The position numbers were made by a program, and so were the translations under genes. The notes beneath the pieces were generated by a model. The model did not search any database. It saw only the letters and a program-made list of their open reading frames with translations, and was not told where the DNA came from. A stretch of DNA of 64,000 nucleotides from contig JBNRSN020000118.1 of assembly GCA_051313645.2 (NCBI GenBank), forward strand, positions 1,116,001 to 1,180,000. The letters are read 5' to 3'. The stretch is from Centroscyllium fabricii (taxonomy: Eukaryota). Shown piece after piece: positions 15,701 through 30,600 of the stretch (position 1 is the first letter of the stretch; every line of letters begins with the position of its first letter).

Positions 15701-18700
15701 ACTGTACAGATGTTCATCATGTTGTGGAACACACTCTACAGATGTTCATCTTGTTGTGGTGCACGCTGTACAGATGTTCATCATGTTGTGGTGCACACTG
15801 TACAGATGTTCATCATGTTGTGGTGCACACTGTAGAAATGTTCATCTTATTGTGTTGAACACTGTACAGATGTTCATCTTGTTGTGGTGCACACTGTACA
15901 GATGTTCATCATGTTGTTGTGCACAATGTACAGATGTTCATCTTGTTGTGGTGCACACTGTACAGATGTTCATCTTGTTGTGGTGCACACTGTACAGATG
16001 TTCATCATATTGTGTTGCACACTGTACAGATGTTCATCTTGTTGTGGGGCACAATGTACAGATGTTCTTCATGTTGTTGTGCACACTGTACAGATGTTCA
16101 TCATGTTGTGCTGCACAATGTACAGTTGTTCATCTTGTTGTGGTGCACACTGTACAGATGTTCATCATGTTGTGGTGCACACTGTACAGATGTTCAACAT
16201 GTTGTGGTGCACACTGTACAGATGTTCGTCATGTTGTGGTGCACACTGTGCAGATGTTCATCATGTTGTTGTGCACAATGTACAGATGTTCATCTTGCTG
16301 TGGTGCAGACTGTACAGATGTTCATCATGTTGTGGTGCACACTGTACAGATGTTCATCATGTTGTTGTGCACAATGTACAGATGTTCATCTTGTTGTGGT
16401 GCACACAGTACATATGTTCATCATGTTGTGGTGCACACTGCATAGATGTCCATCATGTTGTGGTGCACACTGTACAGATGTTCATCATGTTGTGTTGCAC
16501 ACTGTACAGATGTTCATCATGTTGTGGTGCACACTGTGAAGATGTTCATCTTGTTGTGGTGCACACTGTACAGATGTTCATCTTGTTGAGGTGCACACTG
16601 TGCAGATGTTCATTTTGTTGTTGTGCACACTGTACAGATGTTGATCTTGTTGTGGTGCACACTGTACAGATGTTAATCTTGTTGTGGTGCACATTGTACA
16701 GATGTTCATTGTGTTTTAGTGCACACTGTACAGATGTTCATCTTGTGGTGCCACTGTACATATGTTCATCGTGTTGTGGTGCACACTGTACAGATGTTCA
16801 TCATGTTGTGGTGCACACTGTACAGATGTTCATCTTGATGTGGTGCACACTGTACAGATGTTAATCTTGTTGTGGTGCACTCTGTCCAGATGTTCATCTT
16901 TTTGTGGTGCACACTGTACAGATGATCATCATGTTGTGATGCACACTGTACAGATGTTCCTCATGTTGTGGTGCACACTGTACAGATGTTCATCTTGTTG
17001 TGGGGCACACTGTGCAGATGTTCATCCTGTTGTGGTGCACACTGTAGAGATGTTCATCATGTTGCGGTGCACACTGTACAGATGTTCAACTTGTTGTGGT
17101 GCACACTGTACAGATTTTCATCTTGTTGTTGTGCACACTTTACAGGTGTCCATCCTGTTATGGTGCACACTGTACACATGTTCATCATGTTGTGGTGCAC
17201 ACTGTAAAGATGTTCATCTTGTTGTAATGCACACTGTATAGATGTCCATCATGTTGTGGTGCACAATGTACAGCTGTTCATCATGTTGTGTTGCACACTG
17301 TACAGATGTTCATCATGTTGTGGTGCACACTGTAAAGATGTTCTTTTTGTTGTGGTGCACACTGTACAGATGTTCATCTTGTTGTGGTGCACACTGTACA
17401 GATGTTCATCATGTTGTGGTGCACACTGTACAGATGTTCATTTTGTTGTGGTGCACACTGTACAGATGTACATCTTGTTGTGGTGCACAGCGTACAGATG
17501 TTCATCATGTTGTGGTGCACACTGTACAGATTTTCATCTTTGTTGTGGTGCCACTGTATAGATGTTCATCGTGTTGTGATGCACACTGTACAGATGTTCA
17601 TCATGTTGCGGTGCACACTGTACAGATGTTCCTCATGTTGTGGTGCACAATGTACAGATTTTCATCTTGTTGTGGTGCACACTGTACAGCTGTTCATCAA
17701 GTTGTGGTGCACACTGTGCAGATTTTATGTTGTGGTGCACACTGTACAGAAGTTCCTCATGTTGTGGTGCACACTGTACAAATGTTCATCTTGTTGTGGT
17801 GCACACTGTACAGATGTTCATCATGTTGTGGTGCACAAAGTACAGATGTGCATCATGTTGTGGTGCACACTGTACAGATGCTCATCATGTTGTGGTGCAC
17901 ACTGTACAGATGTTCATCATGTTGTGGTGCACACTGTACAGATGTTCATCTTTTTGTGGTGCACAATGTACAGATGTTCATCATGTTCTGGTGCACATTG
18001 TACAGATGTTCATCATGTTGTGGTGCACACTGTACAGATATTCATCATGTTGTGGTGCACACTGTAGAGATGTTTCTCATGTTGTGGTGCACACGGTACA
18101 GATCTTCATCTTGTTGTGGTGTACACTGCACAGATGTTCATCTTGTTGTGGTGCACACTGTACAGATGTTAACCTTGATGTGGTGCACACTGTCCAGATT
18201 TTCATCTTTTTGTGGTGCACACTGTACAGATGTTCATCATGTTGTTGTGCACACTGTACAGATGTTCCTCATGTTGTGGTGCACACTGTACAGATGTTAA
18301 TCTTGTTGTGGTGCACACTGTACATATGTTCATCTTTTTGCGGTGCACACTGTACAGATGTTCATCATGTTGTGGTGCACACTGTACAGATGTTCCTCAT
18401 GTTGTCGTGCACACTTTACAGATGATAATCTTGTTGTGGTGCACACTGTACAGATGTTAATCTTGTTGTGGTGCACACTGTACAGATGTTCATCCTGTTG
18501 TGGTGCACATTGTACAGATGTTCATCATGTTGCGGTGCACACTGTACAGATGTTCATCTTGTTGTGCTGCAAACTGTACAGATGTTCATCATGTTGTGGT
18601 GCACACTGTCCAGATTTTCACCATGTTGTGGTGCACACTGAACAGATGTTCATCATGTTGTGGTGCACACTGTACAGATGTTCATCATGTTGTGGTGCGC

Positions 18701-19200
18701 ACTGTACAGATGTTCATCATGCTGTGGTGCACACTGTACAAATGTTCATAATGTTGTCGTGCAGACTGTACAGATGTTCATCATGTTGTGGTGCACACTG
18801 TACAGATGTTGATCATGTTGTTGTGCACAATGTACAGATGTTCATCTTGCTGTGGTGCACACAGTACATATGTTCATCATGTTGAGGTGCACATTGTACA
18901 GATGTTCTGCATGTTGTGGTGCACACTGTACTGATGTTCATCTTGTTGTGGTGCACACTGTACAGATGGCCATCATGTTGTGGTGCACACTGTACAGATG
19001 TTCATCTTGTTGTGGTGCACATTGTACAGATGTTAATCTTGTTGTGGTGCACACTGTACAGATGTTCATCTTTTAGTGGTGCACACTGTACAGATGTTCA
19101 TCATGTTGTGGTGCACACTGTACAGATGATCCTCATGTTGTGGTGCACACTGTACAGATGTTCATCTTGTTGTGGTGCACACTGTACAGATGTTCATCTT
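9800..19200 (+). repeat. Diverged, indel-rich satellite domain with internal segmental duplications
   Basis: Higher density of otherwise rare variants (GATGATAATC, GTCCAGATTTT, ACTGAACAG, TACTGATG). Indels near 11284, 11450, 13255, 13755, 14220-14232, 14403, 16745, 17540-17552 and 17723. ORFs are mostly shorter here. Confidence 0.8.
14620..16310 (+). repeat. Dispersed copy of about 3650-5490 embedded in the diverged domain
   Basis: TTTTCGTG at 3691/14666 and GGGGCAC at 5071/16046 (offset 10975), then offset 10815 (5296/16111). ORF twins at 3789/14764 and 4176/15151. Confidence 0.88.
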
Positions 19201-19229
19201 GTTGTGGTGCACACTGTGCAGATGTTCAT

Positions 19230-19900
19230 CATGTTGTAATGCACACTGTGCAGATGTTCATCTTGTTGTGGTGCACAATGTACAGATGTTCATCTTGTTG
19301 TGGTGCACATTGTACAGAAGTTCATCATGTTGTGGTGCATACTGTACAGATGTACATCTTGTTGTGGTGCACACTGTACAGATGTGCATCATGTTGTGGT
19401 GCACACTTTACAGATGTTCATCATGCTGTTGTGCACACTGTACAGATGCTCATCTTGTTGTGGTGCAAACTGTACAGATGTTCATCATGTTGTGGTACAC
19501 ACTGTACAGATGTTCATCATGTTGTGGTGCACACTGTACAGATGTTCATCTTGTTGTGGTGCACACTGTACAGATGTTCATCATGTTGTGGTGCACACTG
19601 TACAGATGTTCATCATTTTGTAGTGCACACTGTGCAGATGTTCATCTTGTTGTGGTGCACACTGTACAGATGTTCATCTTGTTGTGGTGCACATTGTACA
19701 GATGTTCATCATGTTGTGGTGCATATTGTACAGATGTACATCTTGTTGTGGTGCACACTGTACAGATGTTCATCATGTTGTGGTGCACACTTTACAGATG
19801 TTCATCATGCTGTTGTGCACACTGTACAGATGCTCATCTTGTTGTGGTGCAAACTGTACAGATGTTCATCATGTTGTGGTACACACTGTACAGATGTTCA
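19230..19900 (+). repeat. Local duplication, 384 bp (12 monomers)
   Basis: The variant series GTACATC / CTTTAC / GCTGTTG / GCTCATC / GCAAACT / GTACAC occurs twice. ORF starts at 19300/19684. Confidence 0.75.
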
Positions 19901-19959
19901 TCATGTTGTGGTGCACACAGTACAGATGTTCATCATGTTGTGGTGCACACTGTACAGAT

Positions 19960-22900
19960 GTTCATCATGTTGTGGTACACACTGTACAGATGTTCATCTT
20001 ATTGTGGTGCACACAGTACATATGTTCATCTTGTTGTGGTGCACACTGTACAGATGTTCATCATGTTGTGGAGCACACTGTACAGATGTTCATCATGTTG
20101 TGGTGCACAATGTACAGACGTTCATCATGTTGTGGTGCACACTGTACAGATGTTCATCTTGTTGTGGTGCGCACTGTACAGATGTTCATCATGTTGTGTT
20201 GCACACTGCACAGATGTTCAACTTGTTGTGGTGCACACTGTACAGATGTTCATCATGTTGTGGTGCACATTTTACAGATGTTGATCTTGTTGTGTTTCAC
20301 ATTGTACAGATGTTCACCATGTTGTGGTGCACACTGTACAGATGTTCATCTTGTTGTGGTGCACACTGTACAGATGTTCATCATGTTGTGGTGCACACTT
20401 TACAGATGTTCATCATGCTGTTGTGCACACTGTACAGATGCTCATCTTGTTGTGGTGCAAACTGTACAGATGTTCATCATGTTGTGGTACACACTGTACA
20501 GATGTTCATCATGTTGTGGTGCACACTGTACAGATGTTCACCTTGTTGTGGTGCACACTGTATAGATGTCATCATGTTGTGCTGCACACTTTACAGATGT
20601 TCATCATGTTGTGGTACACACTGTACAGATGTTCATCATGTTGTGGTGCACACTGTACAGATGTTCATCATGTTGTGGTGCACACTGTACAAATGTTCAT
20701 CTTATTGTGTTGCACACTGTACAGATGTTCATCTTGTTGTGGTGCACACTGTACAGATGTTCATCTTGTTGTGGTGCACACTGTACAGATGTTCACCTTG
20801 TTGTGGTGCACACTGTACAGATGTTCATCATGTTGTGGTGCACATTGTACAGATGTTCATCTTGTTGTGGTTCGCATTGTACAGATGTTCACCATGTTGT
20901 GGTGCACACTGTACAGATGTTCATCTTGTTGTGGTGCACACTGTACAGATGTACATCGTGTTGTAGTGCACACTGTGCAGATGTTCATCTTGTTGTGGTG
21001 CACACTGTACAGATGTTCATCTTGTTGTGGTGCACATTGTACAGTTGTTCATCATGTTGTGGTGCATACTGTACAGATGTACATCTTGTTGTGTTGCACA
21101 CTGTACAGATGTTCATCATGCTGTGGTGCACACTTTACAGATGTTCATCATGCTGTTGTTCACACTGTACAGATGCTCATCTTGTTGTGGTGCAAACTGT
21201 ACAGATGTTCATCATGTTGTGGTACACACTGTACAGATGTTCATCATGTTGTGGTGCACACTGTACAGATGTTCATCTTGTTGTGGTGCACACTGTACAG
21301 ATGTTCATCATGTTGTGGAGCACACTGTACAGATGTTCATCATATTGTGGTACACACTGTACAGATGTTCATCATGTTGTGGTGCACACTGTACAGATGT
21401 TCATCATGTTGTGGAGCACACTGTACAGATGTTCATCATGTTGTGGTACTCACTGTACAGATGTTCATCTTATTGTGGTGCACACAGTACATATGTTCAT
21501 CTTGTTGTGGTGCACACTGTACAGATGTTCATCATGTTGTGGAGCACACTGTACAGATGTTCATCATGTTGTGGTGCACAATGTACAGACGTTCATCATG
21601 TTGTGGTGCACACTGTACAGATGTTCATCTTGTTGTGGTGCGCACTGTACAGATGTTCATCATGTTGTGTTGCACACTGCACAGATGTTCATCTTGTTGT
21701 GGTGCACACTGTACAGATGTTCATCATGTTGTGGTGCACATTTTACAGATGTTGATCTTGTTGTGTTTCACATTGTACAGATGTTCACCATGTTGTGGTG
21801 CACACTGTACAGATGTTCATCTTGTTGTGGTGCACACTGTACAGATGTTCATCATGTTGTGGTGCACACTTTACAGATGTTCATCATGCTGTTGTGCACA
21901 CTGTACAGATGCTCATCTTGTTGTGGTGCAAACTGTACAGATGTTCATCATGTTGTGGTACACACTGTACAGATGTTCATCATGTTGTGGTGCACACTGT
22001 ACAGATGTTCACCTTGTTGTGGTGCACACTGTACAGATGTCATCATGTTGTGCTGCACACTTTACAGATGTTCATCATGTTGTGGTACACACTGTACAGA
22101 TGTTCATCATGTTGTGGTGCACACTGTACAGATGTTCATCATGTTGTGGTGCACACTGTACAAATGTTCATCTTATTGTGTTGCACACTGTACAGATGTT
22201 CATCTTGTTGTGGTGCACACTGTACAGATGTTCATCTTGTTGTGGTGCACACTGTACAGATGTTCACCTTGTTGTGGTGCACACTGTACAGATGTTCATC
22301 ATGTTGTGGTGCACATTGTACAGATGTTCATCTTGTTGTGGTTCGCATTGTACAGATGTTCACCATGTTGTGGTGCACACTGTACAGATGTTCATCTTGT
22401 TGTGGTGCACACTGTACAGATGTACATCGTGTTGTAGTGCACACTGTGCAGATGTTCATCTTGTTGTGGTGCACACTGTACAGATGTTCATCTTGTTGTG
22501 GTGCACATTGTACAGTTGTTCATCATGTTGTGGTGCATACTGTACAGATGTACATCTTGTTGTGGTGCACACTGTACAGATGTTCATCATGCTGTGGTGC
22601 ACACTTTACAGATGTTCATCATGCTGTTGTTCACACTGTACAGATGCTCATCTTGTTGTGGTGCAAACTGTACAGATGTTCATCATGTTGTGGTACACAC
22701 TGTACAGATGTTCATCATGTTGTGGTGCACACTGTACAGATGTTCATCTTGTTGTGGTGCACACTGTACAGATGTTCATCATGTTGTGGAGCACACTGTA
22801 CAGATGTTCATCATATTGTGGTACACACTGTACAGATGTTCATCATGTTGTGGTGCACACTGTACAGATGTTCATCATGTTGTGGAGCACACTGTACAGA

Positions 22901-24300
22901 TGTTCATCATGTTGTGGTACTCACTGTACAGATGTTCATCTTATTGTGGTGCACACAGTACATATGTTCATCTTGTTGTGGTGCACACTGTACAGATGTT
23001 CATCATGTTGTGGAGCACACTGTACAGATGTTCATCATGTTGTGGTGCACAATGTACAGACGTTCATCATGTTGTGGTGCACACTGTACAGATGTTCATC
23101 TTGTTGTGGTGCGCACTGTACAGATGTTCATCATGTTGTGTTGCACACTGCACAGATGTTCATCTTGTTGTGGTGCACACTGTACAGATGTTCATCATGT
23201 TGTGGTGCACATTTTACAGATGTTGATCTTGTTGTGTTTCACATTGTACAGATGTTCACCATGTTGTGGTGCACACTGTACAGATGTTCATCTTGTTGTG
23301 GTGCACACTTTACAGATGTTCATCATGTTGTGGTGCACACTTTACAGATGTTCATCATGCTGTTGTGCACACTGTACAGATGCTCATCTTGTTGTGGTGC
23401 AAACTGTACAGATGTTCATCATGTTGTGGTACACACTGTACAGATGTTCATCATGTTGTGGTGCACACTGTACAGATGTTCACCTTGTTGTGGTGCACAC
23501 TGTACAGATGTTCATCATGTTGTGCTGCACACTTTACAGATGTTCATCATGTTGTGGTACACACTGTACAGATGTTCATCATGTTGTGGTGCACACTGTA
23601 CAGATGTTCATCATGTTGTGGTGCACACTGTACAAATGTTCATCTTATTGTGTTGCACACTGTACAGATGTTCATCTTGTTGTGGTGCACACTGTACAGA
23701 TGTTCATCTTGTTGTGGTGCACACTGTACAGATGTTCACCTTGTTGTGGTGCACACTGTACAGATGTTCATCATGTTGTGGTGCACATTGTACAGATGTT
23801 CATCTTGTTGTGGTTCGCATTGTACAGATGTTCACCATGTTGTGGTGCACACTGTACAGATGTTCATCTTGTTGTGGTGCACACTGTACAGATGTACATC
23901 GTGTTGTAGTGCACACTGTGCAGATGTTCATCTTGTTGTGGTGCACACTGTACAGATGTTCATCTTGTTGTGGTGCACATTGTACAGTTGTTCATCATGT
24001 TGTGGTGCATACTGTACAGATGTACATCTTGTTGTGGTGCACACTGTACAGATGTTCATCATGCTGTGGTGCACACTTTACAGATGTTCATCATGCTGTT
24101 GTTCACACTGTACAGATGCTCATCTTGTTGTGGTGCAAACTGTACAGATATTCATCATGTTGTGGTACACACTGTACAGATGTTCATCATGTTGTGGTGC
24201 ACACTGTACAGATGTTCATCTTGTTGTGGTGCACACTGTACAGATGTTCATCATGTTGTGGAGCACACTGTACAGATGTTCATCATATTGTGGTACACAT
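19960..24300 (+). repeat. Higher-order repeat, 1471-1472 bp (46 monomers), about 3 copies
   Basis: Variants recur at 19981/21452/22923. ORF twins at 20324/21795/23266 and 21027/22498/23970. A 1-bp deletion is present near 20569 and 22040. Confidence 0.92.
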
Positions 24301-24619
24301 TTTACAGATGTTCATAATGTTGTGGTGCACACTGTACAGATGTTCATCATGTTGTGGTGCACACTGTACAAATGCTCATCTTATTGTGTTGCACACTGTA
24401 CAGATGTTCATCTTGTTGTGGTGCACACTGTACAGATGTTCATCATGTTGTGGTGCACACTGTACAGATGTTCATCTTGTTGTGGTGCACACTGTACAGA
24501 TGTTCATCTTGTTGTGGTGCACACTGTACAGGTGTTCATCATATTGTGATGCACACTGTACAGATGTTCATCTTGTTGTGGAGAACACTGTACAGATGTT
24601 CATCATGTTGTGGTGCACA

Positions 24620-27600
24620 CTGTACAGATGTTCATCATGTTGTGGTGCACACTGTACAGATGTTCATCATGTTGTGGTTCACACTGTACAGATATTCATC
24701 ATGTTGTGGTGCACATTGTTAAGATGTTCATCATGTTGTGGTGCACACTGTACAGATGTTCATCATGTTGTGGTGCACACTGTACAGATGTTCATCATGT
24801 TGTGGTGCACAATGTACAGATGTTCATCTTGTTGTGGTGCACACTGTACAGATGTTCATCATGTTGTGGTGCACACTGTACAGATGTTCATCATGTTGTG
24901 GTGCACACTGTACAGATATTCATCATGTTGTGGATCACACTGTACAGATGTTCAACATGTTGTTGTGCACACTGTACAGATGTTCATCATGTTGTGGTGC
25001 ACACTGTACAGATGTTCATCATGTTGTTGTGCACAATGTACAGATGTTCATCTTGTTGTGGAGCACACTGTACAGATGTTCATCATGTTGTGGTGCACAT
25101 TGTACAGATGTTCATCATGTTGTTGTGCACACTGTACAGATGTTCATCATGTTGCGGTGCACACTGTACAGATGTTCATCATGTTGTGGTGCACACTGTA
25201 CAGATGTTCATCTTGTTGTGGTGCACACTGTACAGATGTTCATCATGTTGTGGTGCACACTGTACAGATGTTCATCATGTTGTGGTGCACACGGTACAGA
25301 TGTTCATCATGTTGTGGTGCACACTGTACAGATGTTCATCTTGTTGTGGTGCACAATGTACAGATGTTCATCTTGTTTTGGTGCACACTGTACAGATGTT
25401 CATCATATTGTGGTGCACACTGTACAAATGTTCATCTTGTTGTGGTGCACACTGTACAGATGTTCATCATGTTGTGGTGCACACTGTACAGATGTTCATC
25501 ATGTTGTGGTGCACACTGTACAGATGTTCACCTTTTTTGGTGCACACTGTACAGATGCTCATCTTGTTGTGGTGCAAACTGTACAGATGTTCATCATGTT
25601 GTGGTACACACTGTGCAGATGTTCATCATGTTGTGGTGCACACTGCAAATATGTTCATCTTGTTGTGGTGCACACTGTACAGATGTTCATCTTATTGTGG
25701 TGCACACTGTACAGATGTTCAACATGTTGTGGTGCACACTGTACAGATGTTCATCATGTTGTGGTGCACACTGCACAGATGTTCACCTTCTTGTGGTGTA
25801 CACAGTACAGATGTTCATCATGTTGTGGAGCACACTGTACAGATGTTCCTCATGTTGTGGTACAGACTGTACAGATGTTCATCTTATTCTGGTGCACACT
25901 GTACAGATGTTCATCTTGTTGTGGTGCACACTGTACAGATGTGCATCTTGTTGTGTTGCACACTGTACAGATGTTCACCTTGTTGTGGTGCACACTGTAC
26001 AGATGTTCATCATGTTGTGGTGCACATTGTACAGATGTTCATCTTGTTGTGGTTCACATTGTACAGATGTTCATCATGTTGTAGTGCACACTGTGCATAT
26101 GTTCATCTTGTTGTGGTGCACACTGTACAGATGTTCATCTTGTTGTGGTGCACATTGTACAGATGTTCATCATGTTGTGGTGCATACTGTACAGATATAC
26201 AACTTGTTGTGGTGCACACTGTACAGATGTTCATCATGTTGTGGTGCACTCTTTACAGATGTTCCTCATGCTGTTGTGCACACTGTACAGATGCTCATCT
26301 TGTTGTGGTGCAAACTGTACAGATGTTCATCAGGTTGTTGTACACACTGTACAGATGTTCATCATGTTGTGGTGCACACTGTACAGAGGTTCATCTTGTT
26401 GTGGTGCACAATGTACAGATGATCATCATGTCGTGGTGCACACTGTACAGATATTCATCATGTTGTGGTGCACACTCTACAGATGTTCATCATGTTGTGG
26501 TGCACACTGTACAGATGTTCATCATGTTGTGGTGCACACTGTACAAATGTTCATCTTATTGTGTTGCACAATGTACAGATGTTCATCTTGTTGTGGTGCA
26601 CACTGTACAGATGTTCATCATGTTGTGGTGCACACTGTACAGATGTTCATCTTGTTGTGGTGCACACTGTACAGATGTTCATCATGTTGTGGTGCACATT
26701 CTACAGATGTTCATCATGTTGTGGTGCATACTGTACAGATGTACATCTTGTTGTGGTGCACACTGTACAGATGTTCATCACGTTGTGGTGCACACTTTAC
26801 AGATGTTCATCATGCTGTTGTGCACACAGTACAGATGCTCATCTTGTTGTGGTGCAAACTGTACAGATGTTCATCATGTTGTGGTACACACTGTACAGAT
26901 GTTCATCATGTTGTGGTGCACACTGTACATATGTTCATCTTGTTGTGGTGCACACTGTACAGATGTTCATCATGTTGTGGTGCACACTGCACAGATGTTC
27001 ATCATGTTGTGGTGCACACTGTACAAATGTTCATCTTATTGTGTTGAACACTTTACAGATGTTCATCTTGTTGTGGTGCACACTGTACAGATGTTCATCA
27101 TGTTCAGGTGCACAATGTACAGATGTTCATCTTGTTGTGGTGCACACTGTACAGATGTTCATCTTGTTGTGGTGCACACTGTACAGATGTTCATCATATT
27201 GTGGTGCACACTGTACAGATGTTCATCTTGTTGTGGTGCACACTGTACAGATGTTCATCATGTTGTCGTGCACACTGTACAGATGTTCATCATGTTGTGG
27301 TGCACACTGTACAGATGTTCATCATGTTGTGGTGCACACTGTACAGATGTTCATCATGTTGTGGTGCACATTGTACAGATGGTCATCATGTTGTGGTGCA
27401 CACTGTACAGATGTTCATCATGTTGTTGTGCACACTGTACAGATGTTCATCATGTTGTGGTGCACAATGTACAGATGTTCATCTTGTTGTGGTGCACACT
27501 GTACAGATGTTCATCATGTTGTGGTGCACACTGTACAGATGTTCATCATGTTGTGGTGCACATTATACAGATGTTCAACATGTTGTGATGCACACTGTAC

Positions 27601-30600
27601 AGATTTTCATCATGTTGTTGTGCACAATGTACAGATGTTCATCTTGTTGTGGTGCACACTGTACAGATGTTCATCATGTTGTGGTGCACATTGTACAGAT
27701 GTTCATCATGTTGTGGTGCACACTGTACAGATGTTCATCATGTTGTGGTGCACACTGTACAGATGTCCATCATGTTGTGGTGCACACTGTACAGATGTTC
27801 ATCTTGTTGTGGTGCACACTGTACAGATGTTCATCATGGTGTGGTGCACACTGTACAGATGTTCATCATGTTGTGGTGCACACTGTACAGATGTTCATCA
27901 TGTTGTGGTGCACACTGTACAGATGTTCATCATGTTGTGGTGCACACTGTTCAAATGTTCATCTTATTGTGTTGCACACTGTACAGATGTTCATCTTGTT
28001 GTGGTGCACACTGTACAGATGTTCATCATGTTGTGGTGCACACTGTACAGATGATCATCATGTTGTGGTGCACACTGTACAGATGTTCATCATGTTGTGG
28101 TGCACACTGTACAGATGATCATCATGTTGTGGTGCACACTGTACAGATGTTCATCATGTTGTGGCGCACACTGTACAGATGTTCATCATGTTGTGGTGCA
28201 CACTTTACAGATGTTCATCATGTTGTGGTGCACACTGTACAGATGTTCATCATGTTGTGGTTCACACTGTACAGATATTCATCATGTTGTGGTGCACATT
28301 GTTCAGATGTTCATCATGTTGTGGTGCACAATGTACAGATGTTCATCATGTTGTGGTGCACACTGTACAGATGTTCATCATGTTGTGGTGCACAATGTAC
28401 AGATGTTCATCTTGTTGTGGTGCACACTGTACAGATGTTCATCATGTTGTGGTGCACACTGTACAGATGTTCATCATGTTGTGGTGCACACTGTACAGAT
28501 GTTCATCATGTTGTGGATCACACTGTACAGATGTTCAACATGTTGTTGTGCACACTGTACAGATGTTCATCATGTTGTGGTGCACACTGTACAGATGTTC
28601 ATCATGTTGTTGTGCACAATGTACAGATGTTCATCTTGTTGTGGTGCACACTGTACAGATGTTCATCATGTTGTGGTGCACATTGTACAGATGTTCATCA
28701 TGTTGTTGTGCACACTGTACAGATGTTCATCATGTTGTGGTGCACACTGTACAGATGTTCATCATGTTGTGGTGCACACTGTACAGATGTTCATCTTGCT
28801 GTGGTGCATATTGTACAGATGTTCATCATGTTGTGGTGCACACTGTACAGATGTTCATCATGTTGTGGTGCACACGGTACAGATGTTCATCATGTTGTGG
28901 TGCACACTGTACAGATGTTCATCTTGTTGTGGTGCACACTGTACAGATGTTCATCTTGTTTTGGTGCACACTGTACAGATGTTCATCATATTGTGGTGCA
29001 CACTGTACAAATGTTCATCTTGTTGTGGTGCACACTGTACAGATGTTCATCATGTTGTGGTGCACACTGTACAGATGTTCATCATGTTGTGGTGCACACT
29101 GTACAGATGTTCACCTTTTTTGGTGCACACTGTACAGATGCTCATCTTGTTGTGGTGCAAACTGTACAGATGTTCATCATGTTGTGGTACACACTGTGCA
29201 GATGTTCATCATGTTGTGGTGCACACTGTACATATGTTCATCTTGTTGTGGTGCACACTGTACAGATGTTCATCTTATTGTGGTGCACACTGTACAGATG
29301 TTCAACATGTTGTGGTGCACACTGTACAGATGTTCATCATGTTGTGGTGCACACTGCACAGATGTTCACCTTCTTGTGGTGTACACAGTACAGATGTTCA
29401 TCAAGTTGTGGAGCACACTGTACAGATGTTCCTCATGTTGTGGTACAGACTGTACAGATGTTCATCTTATTCTGGTGCACACTGTACAGATGTTCATCTT
29501 GTTGAGGTGCACACTGTACAGATGTGCATCTTGTTGTTTTGCACACTGTACAGATGTTCACCTTGTTGTGGTGCACACTGTACAGATGTTCATCATGTTG
29601 TGGTGCACATTGTACAGATGTTCATCTTGTTGTGGTTCACATTGTACAGATGTTCATCATGTTGTAGTGCACACTGTGCATATGTTCATCTTGTTGTGGT
29701 GCACACTCTACAGATGTTCATCTTGTTGTGGTGCACATTGTACAGATGTTCATCATGTTGTGGTGCATACTGTACAGATATACAACTTGTTGTGGTGCAC
29801 ACTGTACAGATGTTCATCATGTTGTGGTGCACTCTTTACAGATGTTCCTCATGCTGTTGTGCACACTGTACAGATGCTCATCTTGTTGTGGTGCAAACTG
29901 TACAGATGTTCATCAGGTTGTTGTACACACTGTACAGATGTTCATCATGTTGTGGTGCACACTGTACAGATGTTCATCTTGTTGTGGTGCACACTGTACA
30001 GATGTTCATCATGTCGTGGTGCACACTGTACAGATATTCATCATGTTGTGGTGCACACTGTACAGATGTTCATCATGTTGTGGTGCACACTGTACAGATG
30101 TTCATCATGTTGTGGTGCACACTGTACAAATGTTCATCTTATTGTGTTGCACACTGTACAGATGTTCATCTTGTTGTGGTGCACACTGTACAGATGTTCA
30201 TCATGTTGTGGTGCACACTGTACAGATGTTCATCTTGTTGTGGTGCACACTGTACAGATGTTCATCTTGTTGTGGTGCACATTCTACAGATGTTCATCAT
30301 GTTGTGGTGCATACTGTACAGATGTACATCCTGTTGTGGTGCACACTGTACAGATGTTCATCACGTTGTGGTGCACACTTTACAGATGTTCATCATGCTG
30401 TTGTGCACACAATACAGATGCTCATCTTGTTGTGGTGCAAAATGTACAGATGTTCATCATGTTGTGGTACACACTGTACAGATGTTCATCATGTTGTGGT
30501 GCACACTGTACATATGTTCATCTTGTTGTGGTGCACACTGTACAGATGTTCATCATGTTGTGGTGCACACTGCACAGATGTTCACCATGTTGTGGTGCAC

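Noticed and set aside
20324-26422. 2032-aa ORF and the other long + strand ORFs as real genes (metallothionein-, keratin-associated- or zinc-finger-like)
   Set aside because: All three frames give the same peptide and there are no unique termini. The repeat unit is not a multiple of 3, and starts and stops are set by scattered variants. This is expected for a stop-free satellite monomer.
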